DNA of 64,000 nt from an uncultured cyanobacterium (GTDB lineage Bacteria > Cyanobacteriota > Cyanobacteriia > PCC-6307 > Cyanobiaceae). Below, in pieces: positions 56,059 through 64,000 of this stretch. The DNA is taken from assembly GCA_963697335.1 (NCBI GenBank), contig CAVONQ010000005.1:64001-128000 (forward strand), given 5' to 3'. Numbering within the stretch: position 1 is the first letter of the stretch; every line of letters starts with the position of its first letter. The notes under the pieces were generated by a model, which was not told the origin of the DNA, made no database searches, and saw nothing but the letters and a program-made list of their open reading frames with translations. A program made the position numbers and the translations under genes.

Positions 56059-57086
56059 TGAAACGGCCCCTTTCAGCCTTCGGCCTGCTGCTGGCCGCGG
56101 TGATGGCCCTGCCGGCCACCCCTTCCCTCGCAGCGTTCACCCCAGCCCCCGAGAGCCAGGACATCAGTGAGCTGCTCGCCCGTAAAGGTGGGGGCGGCCG
56201 AGGGGGTGGCAGTCGAGGGAGAAGCAGCCGAGGAGGTGGTCGCTCCGGAGGCGGGCGCCGCTCTGGGGGAAGTCGCAGTGGAGGCGGGGGCAGCCGTAAC
56301 CGCGCCCCAAGCCGAGGCAACACCGGCTTCAAGCACTCAGGTTCCAGCATGAACCGCGGCTCCAAGCAGCCCAGAAGTGGCTGGAGCAAGTCATCGAAGA
56401 GCAAGCGCGGCCCCTCCATGGACCGCTCCAACCGGAACAGCGCCAAACGCAACAGCAACCGCAGTGGGAACAGAACCACCAACAGAAACACCAACCGCAA
56501 CGTCAACCGCAATACATCTCGGAACACCAATCGGAATGTGAACCGGAATGTGAACAGAAACGTCAACCGGAATGTCAACCGCAATGGCAATCGTGCCAGG
56601 GCTTACAACCGCGGTTACAACCGGGGCTACAACCGGGCCAACAACAATTGGCGGCGCTACAACAACAACTATCGCTACCGGGGCGGCTGGGCTCGGCCCG
56701 GCTGGGGCTATGCCCGCCCCTGGAACTACGGCTGGTACGGCGGCTGGTCAAGCCCCAGTTGGGGTTGGTGGGGAGCCAGTGCGGCCGCCTGGGGGGTCAC
56801 CACCCTGGCCACAGCCGCCATCATCAATTCGGCCGTGGACAACGCCGTGACCACGAAAACCGAGTACATCGTGGTGCCAAACACCGACTACGAGCTCTAC
56901 TACGGCTCGATTCAGCCCACCAATGACGATGATGTGACCTTCCTGGTGAAGGCTGACGACGGGGATTACCAGATCGAGGCCGATTGCAAGGCAGGCACCA
57001 TCGACGGCCAGTCCCCCAGCAACGCCTCCGAAGCTGAGCTGCTCAATGCGGCCTGCCAGGTGGCCTTCGGCTCCGTGGAGGCCTGA
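56058..57086 (+). CDS. Secreted Gly/Arg- and Asn-repeat, Trp/Gly-rich protein (module gene B2)
   Basis: Signal peptide, G/R/S tract, NRNT/NRNV repeats, WGW segment and two-Cys C-domain. Confidence 0.82.
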   Translation: MKRPLSAFGLLLAAVMALPATPSLAAFTPAPESQDISELLARKGGGGRGGGSRGRSSRGGGRSGGGRRSGGSRSGGGGSRNRAPSRGNTGFKHSGSSMNRGSKQPRSGWSKSSKSKRGPSMDRSNRNSAKRNSNRSGNRTTNRNTNRNVNRNTSRNTNRNVNRNVNRNVNRNVNRNGNRARAYNRGYNRGYNRANNNWRRYNNNYRYRGGWARPGWGYARPWNYGWYGGWSSPSWGWWGASAAAWGVTTLATAAIINSAVDNAVTTKTEYIVVPNTDYELYYGSIQPTNDDDVTFLVKADDGDYQIEADCKAGTIDGQSPSNASEAELLNAACQVAFGSVEA

Positions 57087-57178
57087 CGGCTGATGCGGCC
57101 GCAGGCACAGCTGGAATAGGCCATCGGCCCAGTCCCTCGGCTGGATGAGACAGTGGGAAACCACAAAATCGTCTGTGC

Positions 57179-58093
57179 GTGCAAGCCCCTTCCAGGACCA
57201 AGGTGCCCATCCCCTTTTGCCTGGCCGCCGGCCTCTGGGCCGCCACCACGCTGATGGGAGGTAGCTGGGCCAGGGCTGAGGAGACGCTCCCCGATCCCGA
57301 GACCCTGCCCGCTGAGGTTGAGGAGATGGCCGAGAGCCCTGAACCCGAAACGGTTCCCGACTGGTCGGGCACCGTGGAGCTCTACGGCTTTGCTCCCTTG
57401 AGGACGACGGGCACCACCACCATTAAGGGGTTCGAGACCGATGTGGACCTCGACCTTGGCGACGTCCTCTCCGCCCTGGACTGGGCCACCTTCGTGCGGG
57501 GAAGCGTGGAGCGGGGCCGCTGGGGCCTGCTCACGGATCTGAGCTACGTGAAGCTGGGCGCCGTCAACGGCAGAACCACCCCAAGGGGCCTCATCAGTGG
57601 CAAGACAGACATCATCTCCACCCAGGGGATCTACGACTTCGCCGTGCGTTACCGCCTCGGTGACCCCGAAGCGGCGGTGGCCAAACCCGGCAGCTACAGC
57701 CTGATTCCCTACATGGGGGTGCGGGTGATCGATGTGGGCCTCGATGTGCGGGCCCAACTGCAGGGCAACGGGCCTCGGCAGATCGAGCTGGGCGCCGAGC
57801 GGTCATTTGATCGCACCTGGGCCCAGCCCCTGGCAGGCATCCAGGGCACCTATTTCCTCTCACCCAAGCTGCGGGCCTTTGCCCGGGCCGATATCGGCGG
57901 CTTCGATTTCAGCGGCGCCAAGAACGTTTCCGGCAATGCCCAGATTGGCCTGGGCTATGCGGTGGGGAACAACACCGATCTCACCCTGTCGTGGCGCTAT
58001 CTGGGGCTGCAATACGGCAATGGCAACACCCCTGCCAGTGGGTTCACCAGCTACCAGAACGGCATCGAGGCTGGCGTGAAGTTCTTCTTCTGA
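57179..58093 (+). CDS. Outer-membrane beta-barrel protein
   Basis: Signal peptide, alternating beta-strand pattern, RADIGGF, C-terminal GVKFFF. Confidence 0.75.
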   Translation: MQAPSRTKVPIPFCLAAGLWAATTLMGGSWARAEETLPDPETLPAEVEEMAESPEPETVPDWSGTVELYGFAPLRTTGTTTIKGFETDVDLDLGDVLSALDWATFVRGSVERGRWGLLTDLSYVKLGAVNGRTTPRGLISGKTDIISTQGIYDFAVRYRLGDPEAAVAKPGSYSLIPYMGVRVIDVGLDVRAQLQGNGPRQIELGAERSFDRTWAQPLAGIQGTYFLSPKLRAFARADIGGFDFSGAKNVSGNAQIGLGYAVGNNTDLTLSWRYLGLQYGNGNTPASGFTSYQNGIEAGVKFFF

Positions 58094-58113
58094 CTTCGAT
58101 CCTCTGACTCAGA

Positions 58114-59004
58114 TCAGCCGACTCCGGCCATCTCCCGTTTCTGCCAACTGAGAAACAGGGTGGACACGACCACCGTGATCAGCACATAGGACAGGATGGC
58201 CGGAATCACTTCAGGCAGCACCGTTGGCGGCGCATAGGTGAAGGCCAACTCCGCCGCCAGGCCCGTGTTGCGCATGCCGATCACCAGGGCAACCGTGCGG
58301 CGCTCCAGAGGATCCCGACCCGCCAGGCCATAGCCGATCGTCAGGCAGAGCACGCTGAGGCCGGCCATGGCCGCCAGGCCCACCAGGTTCTGTCGCAGGA
58401 ACGGCAGGAGCTGGCGGGCGCTCAGCGCCAGCAGGGCGATCAGCACCAACGCCAGCATCAGAGTGGCCAGCTTGCCGAGCACCACACTGCAGCGCTGGGC
58501 CAGGCGGGGCCGCCACTGGGACAGCAGCACACCGGCGACCACAGGCAGCACCTGCACCTTCAGCACCTGAACAGCCACGGCGATCGGCCTCACCTCCCAG
58601 CCACTCACTTGCCAGCCACTCAGGCCCGCACTGGCCTTGAACAGGATGGCCAGCAGGGGAATGGACAGGATGGCCAGCAGCGCCGCTGAAATCTGCAGCC
58701 GTGCCGCCAGCTCAGCGGTACCGCCACTGCCGCGCACCCGGAACAGGATGAGCGGGGCGCTGGGGCAGGCCAGCATCAGGGCCATGGCCACCCAGGCCGG
58801 CAGTGAGAAAAGTCCGTGCAAGGGCAGCAGTACCAGCGCCAAGCCGGCCAGGGGCACCAGCAGGCAGGTGCCGAGCACCACCCGCCAGAGGAAGCCGGGT
58901 CGATCCCTGAGCAGCACGAAGGGGTAGTCCTTCAGTCCCAGGCCCAGGCTGAACATGAGCGTCACGATCGTGGCCGTGACCAGCAGCGCTGCAGATTGGT
59001 GCAT
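58114..59004 (-). CDS. Bile acid:sodium symporter (BASS) family transporter
   Basis: MFSLGLGL, LACPSAP and IGMRNTGLA; multiple TM segments. Confidence 0.82.
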   Translation of the reverse strand: MHQSAALLVTATIVTLMFSLGLGLKDYPFVLLRDRPGFLWRVVLGTCLLVPLAGLALVLLPLHGLFSLPAWVAMALMLACPSAPLILFRVRGSGGTAELAARLQISAALLAILSIPLLAILFKASAGLSGWQVSGWEVRPIAVAVQVLKVQVLPVVAGVLLSQWRPRLAQRCSVVLGKLATLMLALVLIALLALSARQLLPFLRQNLVGLAAMAGLSVLCLTIGYGLAGRDPLERRTVALVIGMRNTGLAAELAFTYAPPTVLPEVIPAILSYVLITVVVSTLFLSWQKREMAGVG

Positions 59005-59009
59005 GGGTG

Positions 59010-59396
59010 TCAGCCGAGTGAGGTACCGCTCACCAGCAAGGCGAAGGCTGCGATGCCGATGATGGTGAGGGCAATGGCGGTGAAGACCGTGATCGAGTGC
59101 TGATCCACGTAGACGAAGTCATCGCGGCGGATCAGCTTGAGCATGCGCAGGTGCTGCCGGGTGGCCGCGGCCATCGCCAGGATGCCGACGAGCACAAAGC
59201 CCATCGCCACCAACCGCACGCTCATGCCGGCATGGCCACTGCCTTCGAAACGGCTTCTGTTGATGGCGCCGATGATCTTGTCCAGGCCGAAACCAAAGCT
59301 GATCAGCGACAGGCAGGTGCGGATCCAGGCCATCATCGTGCGCTCGGCGGCGGCCCGATTGCGCTCCTTGGCCAGTTCGTTGGTGAGGTTGGCCAT
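59010..59396 (-). CDS. YidH/DUF202 family membrane protein
   Basis: ELAKERNRAAAERTMMAWIRTCLSLISFGFG. Confidence 0.88.
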   Translation of the reverse strand: MANLTNELAKERNRAAAERTMMAWIRTCLSLISFGFGLDKIIGAINRSRFEGSGHAGMSVRLVAMGFVLVGILAMAAATRQHLRMLKLIRRDDFVYVDQHSITVFTAIALTIIGIAAFALLVSGTSLG

Positions 59397-59776
59397 CAGC
59401 GGGCCTCGGCGATGGTTGGCCTGTGCTCGTCCTCAAACTTCTGCTCGGCCTCCACTTCCCTGGCCAGGAAGACATTCAGGAAGGTTCGAATCACGGCCAC
59501 CGCCCCGAGCTGGATCAGGTTCTGGGGGGAGGGTGCCGTGGTGGTCGCCACGATGTCGGCGGCGAGTTGAAACTCCAGCGCCAGCGACAGCCAGCTGCCG
59601 AAGGAGAGCCGGATGCTGTTGAAGCGCAACGACCCGACCCTGCGCCGCAGCCGCAGCGACTGGCGCAGGATCACCAGCAGGCCGATCGCCACGCAGACCA
59701 CGGAGGTGAACTCCAGCACCAGGCGCAGGGAGCCCGCACCCACCTCCAGCCAGGTCTCCAGGGGAATCACTGCCAT
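59396..59776 (-). CDS. DUF1622 family membrane protein
   Basis: RLSFGSWLSLALEFQLAADIVATT.AP and IRTFLNVFLARE. Confidence 0.88.
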   Translation of the reverse strand: MAVIPLETWLEVGAGSLRLVLEFTSVVCVAIGLLVILRQSLRLRRRVGSLRFNSIRLSFGSWLSLALEFQLAADIVATTTAPSPQNLIQLGAVAVIRTFLNVFLAREVEAEQKFEDEHRPTIAEAR

Positions 59777-59779
59777 GGC

Positions 59780-60760
59780 TCAGACCCTCACCACACAGCG
59801 GAAGCCCATATGGCAGGTGGAGGTGTCGATGCCCTGGGCCAGTCGCGCCGGGGCACGATAGCGGCGGCAGTAGCTGGGAGCACAGAGGAACGAGCCTCCC
59901 TTCACCACCTTGCGGGGCATGGTGCCGTGCTGGGAGGTGGGGTCAATGCTGGCCTCCCTGGCGGCACTGGCACAGCAGCCACCCTCATCCACCGCGCCGT
60001 GCTGCTGGTACCAGCTGTCGGTCCATTCCCAGACATTGCCGATCATGTCCACCAGGCCGTAGCCGTTGGCGGCAAAGGCCCCCACCGGAGAGGTGCGCTC
60101 GTAGCCATCCAGGCGGCTGTTGTGATGCGGGAAGTCCCCCTGGAACGTGTTCGCCATCGGGACCCCGCCGGGATGGAGCGCCTCGCCCCACACGAACTCC
60201 GTACCGCCCTGGCCTCCCCAGGCGGCGAACTCCCACTCGGCCTCCGTGGGGAGCTGCTTGCCGGCCCAGGCGGCGTAGGCCAGGGCGTCCTCGTGGGCGA
60301 TGTGCACCACGGGGTGATGGTCACGGGCCTTGATCGAGGAGCCCGGCCCCTCCGGGTGCCGCCAGTTGGCCCCCGGGATGTAGTGCCACCAGCGGTAGGG
60401 ATCACCCCGACCCACGGGGCCCGGTGGCGCCACGAACACGATCGAGGCGGGCTGGAGCCTCTCCGGCAGAGCATCGGGGTAATCGGCCGGGTCCGCGGCC
60501 CGCTCCGCCAGGGTCAGGTGGCCGGTGGCCTTGACGAACCTGCGGAACTGGGCATTGGTGACCGGGGCACGGTCGATCCAGAAGCCCTCCACCTGGCGGC
60601 GACGGGCCGGCGCCTCCTCCGGGTAGTGGTGGTCGGAGCCCATCGTGAAATTGCCGCCCGGGATCCACACCATCTCCCGGGCGGGCGGACGCCCGGGGGA
60701 TGGGCGTCCTCCGGGTGCCGGCCCAAGCCGAGGGGCGGTGCGATCGGAACTCAGGGCCAT
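59780..60760 (-). CDS. Formylglycine-generating enzyme (sulfatase-modifying factor)
   Basis: FTMGSD..YPEEAP, HPVVH, LPTEAEWE.AA, GNVWEWT, KGGSFLCAPSYCRRYR and GFRC. Confidence 0.92.
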   Translation of the reverse strand: MALSSDRTAPRLGPAPGGRPSPGRPPAREMVWIPGGNFTMGSDHHYPEEAPARRRQVEGFWIDRAPVTNAQFRRFVKATGHLTLAERAADPADYPDALPERLQPASIVFVAPPGPVGRGDPYRWWHYIPGANWRHPEGPGSSIKARDHHPVVHIAHEDALAYAAWAGKQLPTEAEWEFAAWGGQGGTEFVWGEALHPGGVPMANTFQGDFPHHNSRLDGYERTSPVGAFAANGYGLVDMIGNVWEWTDSWYQQHGAVDEGGCCASAAREASIDPTSQHGTMPRKVVKGGSFLCAPSYCRRYRAPARLAQGIDTSTCHMGFRCVVRV

Positions 60761-60843
60761 GCCGCCAGCGGGGATTGACCGCAGTGTGATGACGCGGTTC
60801 AGGCCCCGCAACGGCGGGGGTGGGCCAATGTCACCGGATTTCG

Positions 60844-61012
60844 GGGGGCTCGACAGCTTGATCAGAGCGGGGTGCGCCTCAAGCTCTGGATCAAGACACA
60901 GCCGCTCAAGCAGTGGGCCGTGGCACGGGAATACCGCCGGCGGCTCAAACAGGCCCTCGATGGGGCCGGCATCGAACCCGGCATCCCGCAGCGGCTCTCA
61001 CGACAGGCCTGA
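60844..61012 (+). pseudogene. C-terminal remnant of an MscS-family channel
   Basis: DQSGVRLKLWIKTQPLKQWAVAREYRRRLKQALDGAGIEPGIPQ with no start codon or N-terminus. Confidence 0.65.
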
Positions 61013-61183
61013 GCGATTCGGCGAGGCCTGAACGATCCCCAGGACTTGGGGGCCCAAGGCACCAGCGTCACGAATCTGCAGCTTGACGGCAGCCAACCAC
61101 TGACAGGCGCCACGTCCATTCCCACCCTGGAGAGACGACAACCAGAGCCCGCAGGGCCCCTCCCCACGACCGGTCTGCCTTTC

Positions 61184-62866
61184 ATGCGCCTGCGTACTCG
61201 TTTCCGGCGGCCGGCCTGGATCGGGAGGATGGTTCTCCTGTGGACAGCCTTGGCCGTGGCGCTCCTGGTGGGCCTGGCCCCACCCGCCCGGAGCTTCCTG
61301 GTGCTGGATCAGAAGCAGGTGCCCGAAGGCTGCGCAGCCGACCCGGCCCCCATCCGCCTCGATGGCCGGAAGGTGCTGGAGGTGCGCAGCACCGCCGGCG
61401 CCGAGAGCATCACCACGGTGGCCGAGCGGGGCAGCAAGACCCTGCTGCAGCTGGCCCAGAACCTCACGATCGCCCCCGGCGACATCGGGGTGAACCATCT
61501 GGACAGCGAGAGCTTCATCGTGCTGCAGCAACCTGGAGAGCCGGTGCGCCGGCTGGGGGTGATGAACCAGCGCATCGCCCGCTGCTACGGCATGGACCCG
61601 CAGCGGCTGGCCGAACTCAGCCGCGACCAGATCCGCGCTGCGATGGTGCGCTATCGCGAGGCCCATTCCCTGCAGTCGTGGCTGCGGGGCAGTGCCCTGG
61701 CCGCTCTGCTGCTGGCGGTGTATGTGGCGTGGCTGCGCCTGCAGTTCCGCCTCAACGGGCGGATCCGCGATCTGATCGCCAGCCGCGAACGCTTCCTGCT
61801 GCAGCAGCTGGCGCGTTTCGGCCTCTCCGCCCTGCTGGAACCCGCGCAGGTGCGGCGCCTGCTGCAGGGCCTGCGCAGCACCGTTCACTGGGCTGCGCTG
61901 CTGCTGATCAGCTATCTGCTGGTGCCGCTACTGCTGGGCTTCTTCCCCCCCACCCAGGGCATCGCCAGCGGCCTGCGCCAGCAACTGCGGAGTGTGACCC
62001 TGGGGCTGCTCAACGGGGTGGTGGCCGCCATCCCCAACCTGCTCTCGATCGCGGTGATCATCGGCCTCGGGGTGCTGGTGGTACGGGCCAGTAACGGCGT
62101 GTTCGAGGCCCTGCGCCTCGGCCGCCTGCGCATCCCGGGCTTCTACCGGGAATGGGCGCGGCCCACCTCGCGGCTGGTGGCCCTGCTGATCGCCGTGGCC
62201 ACCCTGGTGATCGCCTTCCCCTACATCCCCGGATCCGGCAGCAGGGCCTTCCAGGGGGCCGGCCTGTTCGTGGGGGTGTTTGCGGCGCTGGGCTCCAGCG
62301 CCGTGGCCGCCAACATCATCAGCGGCCTGATGCTGATCTACACGCGGGCGTTCCGGGAAGGCGATTTCGTGGAACTCAATGGCGTGCTCGGCACGGTGCA
62401 GGACCGCACCCTGCTGGTGACGCGGGTGCAGACGCCCCACAACCAGCTGGTGAGCATTCCCAATGCCACGGTGATCAGCAACGCCGTGGCGAACTACAGC
62501 TTCTCCCGCCGGGAGATCCGCCAGCCGGTGGCACTGGCCTGCACGATCACGATCGGCTACGACGTTCCCTGGCGCCAGGTGGAAGCGCTGATGCTGGCTG
62601 CCGCCCGCAGCGTGGAGGGGGTGACCGATGAGATGGAGCCCTTCGTGCTGCAGACGGCCCTGAACGACTTCCACATCAGCTATGAGCTCACCGCCTACCT
62701 GCGGGATGCCAACACCTACCGGCTGAGCCTCTCGCAGCTGCATGCGGCCCTGCAGGACAAGTTCGCGGAAGCCGATGTGGAGATTCTCTCGCCGGGATAC
62801 CACGCCGTGCGCAACGGTAATCCCAGCACGGTGCCGAAGACCGCTTCGGTATCTCCGGAGGCCTGA
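61184..62866 (+). CDS. mscS: MscS-family mechanosensitive channel, large form
   Basis: FPYIPGSGS.AFQG, ANIISGL, FREGDFV, SIPNA and TIGYDVPWRQV. Confidence 0.9.
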   Translation: MRLRTRFRRPAWIGRMVLLWTALAVALLVGLAPPARSFLVLDQKQVPEGCAADPAPIRLDGRKVLEVRSTAGAESITTVAERGSKTLLQLAQNLTIAPGDIGVNHLDSESFIVLQQPGEPVRRLGVMNQRIARCYGMDPQRLAELSRDQIRAAMVRYREAHSLQSWLRGSALAALLLAVYVAWLRLQFRLNGRIRDLIASRERFLLQQLARFGLSALLEPAQVRRLLQGLRSTVHWAALLLISYLLVPLLLGFFPPTQGIASGLRQQLRSVTLGLLNGVVAAIPNLLSIAVIIGLGVLVVRASNGVFEALRLGRLRIPGFYREWARPTSRLVALLIAVATLVIAFPYIPGSGSRAFQGAGLFVGVFAALGSSAVAANIISGLMLIYTRAFREGDFVELNGVLGTVQDRTLLVTRVQTPHNQLVSIPNATVISNAVANYSFSRREIRQPVALACTITIGYDVPWRQVEALMLAAARSVEGVTDEMEPFVLQTALNDFHISYELTAYLRDANTYRLSLSQLHAALQDKFAEADVEILSPGYHAVRNGNPSTVPKTASVSPEA

Positions 62867-62957
62867 GCATCCATCCACTCCGCGCCAGGTCCAGCAATCG
62901 TCTGCCACGGGGACTGCGGTTGCACCACGACGGGACCCTGAAGGCGCCTCAGGCCAC

Positions 62958-63490
62958 ACTTAAGGCGACTGGAATGAGTCGGATCGTTAGCGGAGAGACC
63001 ATGGAGTTTATCGGTGCGATCGCATTGGAGGTTGTTATTATTTCGGCCATTGCCACTATGTCACTAGTGTCCATCGAGCGCAATCTTGAACCGTTTGCAT
63101 CACTAGCACTTATGGGCACGGCCTGGAACTTGACTGCCTTTTCGCTGCTGGCACCGCGACTCATGTCAGAGCCCTGGTTTGAGCGAGGCATTGGCGATGT
63201 ACGGCCAATCGATGGGGATGACAGCGACCGGTCTGCTGCTGATGAGCTCAGCCGACCCGGCTAATCGATCGCAGGCATTCGAGCGATTTGGTTACAAGCA
63301 ATTATTGTGTGATCCTGTCGTTGGCGGTGGCTTGTTTACCGCGGCGTCTATGATCCTGATCGCGAACTACGGATTAGGCGCTATCTTTGTGTTGACGCTC
63401 ACCTTGACTTTGCTCTGGATCATACTGGGCTTGGTCTGTTTTAGCTCCCATCGGCGCCATAGAGGTGCGCGCAGGAGGGGACACCAATAA
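62958..63490 (+). pseudogene. 3' fragment of a sodium:glutamate symporter (GltS-like), frameshifted near 63200
   Basis: WFERGIGD / GQSMGMTATGLLL..ADP..FGYKQL..P.VGGGLFTA; N-terminal part absent; lower GC. Confidence 0.7.
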
Positions 63491-63636
63491 GACAATATTG
63501 CGGGAGGGGAATGGATGACGCGATTTCCAAACCATGGATGATGCAAAGAAGATTGCAAACCTGCTAACGCCTCGCTCCACCGGACTCGCTGCCGCTCGCT
63601 CAGCGAGCGAGGCGTATGGGCGGTATCTGCTGAAAC

Positions 63637-64000
63637 CTGCGCAAGAGCCTCTTTCACAAACGTGAGAGCCTTGGTAGGATATGTCGCAAGGATTGTCGGT
63701 TCATTTCGGAGCAGTCAATCTACAATTATCGTGACATCCATGACCACCTAGTCAGGCTCATTGAGCCGACCGAGTCCTATCGGGCTATCGTTACCAGCCT
63801 GACGGAAAAGCGTCATTCGATGTTAAACAATGAAGAACTGCCAATGATGCCAATATCACCGTGGAACCATTGACATTAATCACCACCATCTTCGTACCAG
63901 CGCTGCTTGCCGGCATCGGGGGGATATCCGAATGGTCGATGCTCACAGGCCCCAGGAACTGGAGGGTGTCCTATCCGGCCTTCATGCTCGTCACGAGCCT
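63637..64000 (+). pseudogene. Degenerate CorA-family Mg2+ transporter fragment, running off the window
   Basis: LRKSLFHKRE..ICRKDCRFISEQSIYNYRDIHDHLVRLIE.TESYR, then a frameshift, then LTLITTIFVPALLAGIGGISEWSMLTGPRNWRVSYPAF. Confidence 0.7.

Noticed and set aside
56450..56640. Short tandem DNA repeats suggesting a CRISPR array or VNTR
   Set aside because: Degenerate 12-nt units encoding NRNV/YNRG; no spacers and no cas genes

Overview
High-GC chromosomal window from a picocyanobacterium, most likely Cyanobium/Synechococcus cluster 5 (inferred from amt, ndhL, hli, cupA, cyAbrB and the SLH porin). In order it holds: (1) ferritin and gor, then a nitrogen module of an Amt transporter, an enlarged glnA-type glutamine riboswitch, a DUF4278 peptide and a non-canonical PII; (2) stress and hypothetical genes, including a LexA-boxed UmuD-like protein lacking its catalytic Ser/Lys, and an hli gene; (3) the ndhF3-ndhD3-cupA-cupS CO2-uptake operon; (4) Ktr, SLC13 and Ca:Na transporters and a 6S-like structured RNA; (5) core genes (tRNA-Leu(UAA), ndhL, trpA, cyAbrB, a sigma factor); (6) a zinc island (znuABC, zur, COG0523, porin, Zur boxes) followed by futAB, a Crp-family gene with Fur-like boxes and a 46-aa Cys peptide; (7) an accessory region with a tandemly duplicated secreted two-gene module, a beta-barrel, BASS/DUF202/DUF1622/FGE, mscS, and decayed mscS/gltS/corA remnants at lower GC. 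Several single-base insertions (amt, ndhD3, yciI, porin, module gene B1) look like sequencing errors. All family calls come from motif recognition by eye; no database searches were run.
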